Shown: in pieces, positions 8,216-12,127 of the stretch
Numbering within the stretch: the stretch's first letter is position 1
How the letters are laid out: each line of letters starts with the position of its first letter
Origin: PVC group bacterium
GTDB taxonomy: Bacteria > Auribacterota > Erginobacteria > Erginobacterales > Erginobacteraceae
Direction of reading: 5' to 3'
Assembly (NCBI GenBank): GCA_043804695.1
Contig: JAZDIV010000065.1
Coordinates: 1 to 12,127, forward strand
Length of the DNA stretch: 12,127 nt
Translations under genes and position numbers: made by a program
The notes under the pieces: model-generated
Database searches by the model: none
Seen by the model: the letters and a program-made list of their open reading frames with translations, nothing else
What the model was told of the DNA's origin: nothing

Positions 8216-8251
8216 ACCGATCAGTCGGATCCGACGGATCCGTCCGATGAC
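8216..8251. repeat. Degenerate 9-nt tandem repeat between convergent genes
   Basis: ACCGATCAG, TCGGATCCG, ACGGATCCG, TCCGATGAC; the two central units contain the palindrome CGGATCCG. Confidence 0.6.
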
Positions 8252-8271
8252 GGAAAACTCTCTCTTGCCGG

Positions 8272-9438
8272 CTACAATGCCCTTTGCAGAATCTCTGTCA
8301 GTTCCTCATCACTGAGCTCGACCGGGTTCCCCTTCATGCTGCTGGATTTTTTAGCTTTCTCCACCACTGACGGGATGTCGTCCCGTTCGATCCCCAGCCG
8401 GGAGAGCGGCGGGATCTCCAGTTCGCGGCAAAGCTTCCGGACCCAGGCCGCCCCGTCCGCCTCCGTCGCCGACCGGTTCCCGGTGATGATGACCGCGATC
8501 TCCCGGTAGCGGGCGATCGCGGGAGAAGAGGGGTCGCGTTCCTGCAGCGCCCGGATATTGGCCTCTATGACGAAGGGGAGGAGACGGGCGCAGATAACGC
8601 CGTGGGGGGCCTGGAACATGCCCCCCAGCGGACCGGCGAACGCGTGGGCCGCTCCCAGGCCGGCGTTGGCCAGGGCCAATCCGCCGAAAAGGGAGGCCAG
8701 TGCCATCTCGATCCTTCCTTCCCGGTCTTCCCCGTCCCGGTACACCCGCGGCAGGGCCCGGGCCCCCCGGCGGAGGCCCTCCCGGCAGAGAGCGTCGGTC
8801 AGGGGGTTCGCCTTCCGGGAGACATATGGTTCGATCAGCTGGGTGAGGGCATCGAGACCGGTAGCCGCGGTGACCGCCGGGGGCACCGGGATGGTCAGGA
8901 GCGGATCGACCAGCGCCACCCGGGGGATCATCAGGGGGCTGCGCATGCTGACCTTGACCCGGTGGCCGGGGGAAAGAAGGACGCCGTTTTTCGTCACCTC
9001 GGCCCCGGTCCCGGCGGTGGTGGGGATGGCGATGTACGGCGCGGGGGCCCGCTCGATCATCTTCCCGGCGCCGATCACCTCCAGGTAGTCCGCCAGGTCG
9101 CCGGTGTTGGTCAGCAGCGCCGAGATCACCTTACCGGCATCAATAACGCTTCCCCCGCCGATCCCGATCACCAGGTCGCATTTCTCTTTGCGGGCCGTCG
9201 CAGCCAGGGCAACGACCGTGTCGGTGGTCGGCTCTCCCCGCACCGGGAGAGTGATATGGCTGAGTCCGGCCCGGTCCAGTTCTTTAATGAGCGGTGCGGC
9301 GCGTTCCGGGGTGCCGCCCGTGACCACGCAGCAGCGCTCCCCCAGACCGGCGGCCAGCTCGCCCGCCCGTCCGACGACCCCGGGCCCGAAGATAATCCGT
9401 TCGGCGGTGGCGAACTCGAATGTGGGATTCGACATCAT
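8272..9438 (-). CDS. Iron-containing alcohol dehydrogenase
   Basis: GEPT, GIGGGSVIDAGK, IPTTAGTGAEVT, DPLLT, GLDALTQLIE, NAGLGAAH, PHGVICA motifs. Confidence 0.93.
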   Translation of the reverse strand: MMSNPTFEFATAERIIFGPGVVGRAGELAAGLGERCCVVTGGTPERAAPLIKELDRAGLSHITLPVRGEPTTDTVVALAATARKEKCDLVIGIGGGSVIDAGKVISALLTNTGDLADYLEVIGAGKMIERAPAPYIAIPTTAGTGAEVTKNGVLLSPGHRVKVSMRSPLMIPRVALVDPLLTIPVPPAVTAATGLDALTQLIEPYVSRKANPLTDALCREGLRRGARALPRVYRDGEDREGRIEMALASLFGGLALANAGLGAAHAFAGPLGGMFQAPHGVICARLLPFVIEANIRALQERDPSSPAIARYREIAVIITGNRSATEADGAAWVRKLCRELEIPPLSRLGIERDDIPSVVEKAKKSSSMKGNPVELSDEELTEILQRAL

Positions 9439-9494
9439 GTCTGTTCGTGATAGATGTCGTTTGGGAGATTGTGAATATTTATGAACAGATAAAA

Positions 9495-9574
9495 TGGAGT
9501 AATGGAGTGGTGGAGTAATGGGCCCCGTCGGTCCGGCCCGGTCGTTCCCACTACTCCATTACTCCAGTACCCCC
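9495..9574. repeat. Inverted octanucleotide repeat hairpin (TGGAGTRR units facing their reverse complement)
   Basis: TGGAGTAA-TGGAGTGG-TGGAGTAA-TGGG (9495-9522) versus CCCACTACTCCATTACTCCAGTACCCCC (9547-9574). 9503-9522 pairs with 9547-9566 at 17/20 Watson-Crick positions; 24-nt loop. Confidence 0.8.
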
Positions 9575-9617
9575 TTTGGATAGTTGAATGGTATTAGGAA
9601 TATAGAACGTTCTTTCC

Positions 9618-9923
9618 TTACCAGGCGTCATCCGGAGGAAACACGTTCTCGTATTTGATGCTGTAGCGCGGTTCGGCCATCATGTGGGTCACGGTCTCTC
9701 GCCACCGGTTGTAGTGCGCCGTCTCTTTGTGGCGGGCCGGGACGCCCGGATCGCGGTAGGCCTCAAAGAGGATGAACCGGGTGGGATCATCCTGCTGCTG
9801 AATAACATCGAACCGGAGGAAGCCCGGCTCCTGGAGGCTGTGGCGGGCGTTGTCCAGCGTGATTTCCTTGAATTCTTCCACCCTGTCCGCCTTGACGTGA
9901 ATAAAGACGAGTACAATCAGCAT
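9618..9923 (-). CDS. Antibiotic biosynthesis monooxygenase (ABM) / LsrG-like protein
   Basis: V.IHVK, NARHSLQEPG.LRFDV.Q..DDPTRF.L.EAY, HKETAHY..WR..V..MMAEPR; strong RBS AAGGAGG upstream. Confidence 0.9.
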   Translation of the reverse strand: MLIVLVFIHVKADRVEEFKEITLDNARHSLQEPGFLRFDVIQQQDDPTRFILFEAYRDPGVPARHKETAHYNRWRETVTHMMAEPRYSIKYENVFPPDDAW

Positions 9924-10047
9924 GCCACCCTCCTTTTACCTGTCCATAAGACTCTATCTTTTGTCGGGAATCGTGCCGTCATTCTGACCAGTATTTTCAC
10001 CATGTCTTGCCTGTCGTGACCGAAAAAACACCGGCTGCCGGAGTATC

Positions 10048-10105
10048 TTACAACATTTCATGTCCGCCACGCGCTCCGCGCGTCGGCTGAACCCGGTTGG
10101 TGTGT
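10048..10105 (-). other. Integron attC site (58 bp, degenerate) at the 3' end of the cassette gene
   Basis: Minus strand just after TAG: R'' ACACACC (AAC changed to ACC), 5-nt spacer AACCG, L'' GGTTCAGC, stem CC(G)ACGCGC-GGA-GCGCGTGG with a bulged base, degenerate L' GCGGACA, R' GTTGTAA. Confidence 0.72.
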
Positions 10106-10106
10106 G

Positions 10107-10970
10107 CTATTTGTTCTTCTCTACTTTCCATCGAAAGCGTGTTGATAGCCTCCACCCAACAGCCGGGCACTCTTCTTCCATTCCGATCTGCGTCATGACA
10201 CCTTCGGACTTCTCGTCCTCGACCTTCGTGATCCTGACGGACTCGACGATGTTGTCGGGTTTGACCACATGTAATTCCATTCCAGGCAGGAGTCCGTGAT
10301 CCTTTCCCACGTTCAGAGTGACGGGGATATCCTTGAAATTCCAGTCGCAAACACTCGGCCGTGTCGTAGGTAAGCCGACAGCAACAATCCCGGCCGCGAT
10401 CGGCCGCTTCAACAAATAGGCTTGGAACTTCTGTGGGACGCTCGGAAATCCGAAGACGTTCTTCTTCTCATCGCCAGCCCTCAAAAGGTAGCTGCCATGG
10501 GCATATTCACGGGGCTCCGAACCTCCGTTTACGTCATTGCAGAAGCCGACGACGTCGTCTGCCGGGACTAAATATCTTCTCGGTCCCCACGGGATGGGGA
10601 TGAACTCCTCTGCAATTCCTTGGAACCCTTCCCTCTTGTTCTCGAACGTGAAGTCAAGACGTATCCTGCCATTTGCCTCCGAGACAGCGCCGTAGTTCCG
10701 ATCATACAGGCCAAGACAGCCATGCCATTCAAACAGGTATCCGGACTTCGGTGCCAGCAACAAAGACACGTTCACTCCCCGGCCGTCTCCGTGGTAGTAC
10801 TCCCCGGCCCACGCATGATCACCCAGCGTCTTAATCTCTGCCGGTATCTTCTCACGGAGTACTTTGGCCGTATTCTCCGCCTCATCAGAGTATTTAGAGT
10901 CATCAGAACTGCCTGCAAAGGCCGTGAGGGCAATCAACGACAGAATGGAGAGGAGTGGGCATGTTTTCAT
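10107..10970 (-). CDS. Hypothetical exported protein carried as an integron gene cassette
   Basis: GGGAG RBS before ATG 10970; signal peptide (MKTCPLLSILSLIALTAFA|G); ATG lies about 20 nt from the upstream GTT core and the stop abuts attC R''. C-terminal LNVGKDHGLLPGMELHV resembles FlgT-C-like beta domains (tentative). Confidence 0.8.
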   Translation of the reverse strand: MKTCPLLSILSLIALTAFAGSSDDSKYSDEAENTAKVLREKIPAEIKTLGDHAWAGEYYHGDGRGVNVSLLLAPKSGYLFEWHGCLGLYDRNYGAVSEANGRIRLDFTFENKREGFQGIAEEFIPIPWGPRRYLVPADDVVGFCNDVNGGSEPREYAHGSYLLRAGDEKKNVFGFPSVPQKFQAYLLKRPIAAGIVAVGLPTTRPSVCDWNFKDIPVTLNVGKDHGLLPGMELHVVKPDNIVESVRITKVEDEKSEGVMTQIGMEEECPAVGWRLSTRFRWKVEKNK

Positions 10971-10984
10971 CTTCGTCTCCCTGC

Positions 10985-11111
10985 ACACAACGCCGAGCTC
11001 AGCCGCCCCGGTTATAACCAGAAAATATTGGAAGTAATATTACTCCTGACCAATCCAGTCGAGCCAGCAGCCGCAAGGCGGTAAAGGGTCGGCTTAAGCG
11101 TATGGATACTG
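10985..11111 (-). other. Integron attC site (~127 bp) upstream of the cassette gene, R'' disrupted by the IS110 end
   Basis: Minus strand: CAGTATC at the R'' position, 5-nt spacer CATAC, L'' arm GCTTAAGCCGACCC, variable loop, L' arm GGGGCGGCTGAGC, 5-nt spacer TCGGC, R' GTTGTGT. Arms pair with extrahelical bases as in attC. Confidence 0.78.
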
Positions 11112-11254
11112 TTTAAGGCCTCCTCCTTTATCATGCCGATTGGTATGATGAAGAGAAACATTAACCCGCAACCCACGACAAGCCCCGATAAATCGGGGGG
11201 GCCGGGGAAAGGAGGACTTGTCCGGCACGTTTTTTATGACGTATGACGGAGGCC
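11105..11254 (+). ncRNA. Candidate IS110 bridge/seek RNA region
   Basis: Non-coding leader upstream of the IS110 transposase with a 12-bp hairpin (11126-11153), stem GACAAG/CTTGTC (11177-11182/11217-11222) enclosing hairpin CCCCGA-TAAA-TCGGGG, and long-range pair GGCCTCC/GGAGGCC (11117-11123/11248-11254). RNA identity is inferred from position. Confidence 0.45.
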
Positions 11255-11356
11255 ATGTGATTCTACACCCAGCGACATAAATTTTACTGCGGGGTGGATC
11301 TGCATGCAAGGTCAATGTATCTCTGTATCCTAAACCGGGCGGGGAATTTTCGCTAC
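11105..11356 (+). mobile_element. Truncated IS110-family element: left non-coding end plus start of transposase
   Basis: attC similarity stops at 11104/11105 and is followed by a ~150-nt structured leader and an IS110 transposase N-terminus. Both boundaries are inferred; the right one is approximate. Confidence 0.75.
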
Positions 11357-11401
11357 AGACATCAGTCCGGTGTGGGGAAGTTCAGCGAATCGGATAATTG
11401 A
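11255..11401 (+). pseudogene. IS110-family (DEDD) transposase N-terminal fragment, nonsense codon at position 2
   Basis: After GGAGG the frame reads M*FYTQRHKFYCGVDLHARSMYLCILNRAG..., the 'GxDLH...cild..G' first catalytic-Asp motif of IS110 RuvC-like domains. Similarity is lost after ~11350 and the frame stops at 11399-11401. Absent from the ORF track. Confidence 0.82.
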
Positions 11402-11519
11402 GCCTCGATAGGAGTTTGGAGCGGGCATGTCCTGTAGCCAGCGAAGTTTGAGAAATTCACCTGAAAAATGAATAAATCATAGTCTTTTCTCCGGCGATTT
11501 GCGGTAATTGTATAAATAT

Positions 11520-11796
11520 TTATTCATCTTTAATGCCAGCAGGACAATTCGTTCCCTTCATACACCTCCCCATAATTCCTTCTACTTGTTCAAGTTCATT
11601 CCTTTTCAAATTCGGCGGAAATTTTTAGAAACTCTTTTCGTAAATCCCAGGGTATAAAATAGATGATGCCCATACCGCAAAGGAAAAGTATATAAATTGC
11701 TAAAGCTCTCTTTGAAAATCGAAAAACAATAGCAGGAATGCTAAGGAGAGACCAGAGAAGAACTATAAAAACGTAAAATATTAATGCAGCATGGAG
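11520..11796 (-). pseudogene. Frameshifted, start-less remnant of an AT-rich membrane protein gene
   Basis: 11793-11596 reads HAALIFYVFIVLLWSLLSIPAIVFRFSKRALAIYILFLCGMGIIYFIPWDLRKEFLKISAEFEKE* (two hydrophobic helices) with an in-frame TAA upstream. Shifted frames continue KGM / LEQVEGIMGRCMKGTNCP...* to 11520. Confidence 0.5.
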
Positions 11797-11861
11797 TTAA
11801 GCAATGGGGGCAAAGGGGGACTTCGGTGGCGTCTTTACTTAAAAAAGTATCTTGATTGTCG

Positions 11862-12127
11862 TCATCTTCCCCCTTGGAAAATTATAGACCACAGATATTC
11901 GGCTACCCGCCTATGCCCTTCAGGGGAAAGGTGCGTATCACCCCAGATCCCCTCCAGGAAATAGTCGGTTTCATAAATTCCCTTTTCTGATTTGAAGGCC
12001 GGTAGCAAGTCTATAAAAGTGAAGCCGTTCTCCGAGCAAAACTCTTTCAACCTCTCCTGGGGGTAGAGGATTATCTTTTTATCTCCATTTTGATTGAGTG
12101 CTTCAATTTGTGGCCGGGCGGGGACTG
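11862..12127 (-). CDS. SGNH/GDSL hydrolase family protein, C-terminal part (5' end outside window)
   Basis: Frame is open to the window edge (VPARPQIEAL...PQERLKEFCSENGFTFIDLLPAF...GDTHLSPEGHRRVAEYL); D-x-H block V-type motif followed by the typical terminal helix. Confidence 0.8.
   Translation of the reverse strand, partial: VPARPQIEALNQNGDKKIILYPQERLKEFCSENGFTFIDLLPAFKSEKGIYETDYFLEGIWGDTHLSPEGHRRVAEYLWSIIFQGGR

Noticed and set aside
425..9450. Long alternative ORFs (e.g. 425-1474 +, 5727-6890 -, 7176-7994 -, 8602-9450 +, 4491-4994 -)
   Set aside because: Antisense or out-of-frame shadows of well-supported genes in GC-rich DNA; no recognisable motifs.
10042..11110. AGTATC (10042-10047) as an inverted copy of the IS end GATACT (11105-11110)
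   Set aside because: Only 6 bp with no further similarity; expected by chance.
11094..11315. 73-aa minus-strand ORF as a second cassette gene
   Set aside because: It is antisense to the IS110 leader and transposase fragment and runs into the attC arm.

Overview
GC-rich bacterial chromosomal segment; the gene and repeat content suggests an anaerobic Desulfobacterota/deltaproteobacteria-like organism (inference only). Bases 1-9950 carry housekeeping-type genes: a PabB-ADC lyase fusion, a TPR protein, a single-domain response regulator, a PflX-like radical SAM protein, a secreted protein with three 48-aa repeats, an endonuclease V-like protein, an MltF-like lytic transglycosylase with LysM, an Fe-containing alcohol dehydrogenase and an ABM/LsrG-like protein. 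The intergenic spaces hold short repeat elements, including two inversely oriented copies of a ~99-bp inverted-repeat element whose ends encode gene stop codons. Bases ~10040-12127 are lower-GC accessory DNA that the ORF track mostly misses. It contains an integron-type gene cassette between two attC sites with no integrase in view, and a decayed IS110-family element whose left end sits on the R'' box of the upstream attC, with a ~150-nt structured leader (candidate bridge/seek RNA). It ends with a frameshifted membrane-protein remnant and the 3' end of an SGNH hydrolase gene.
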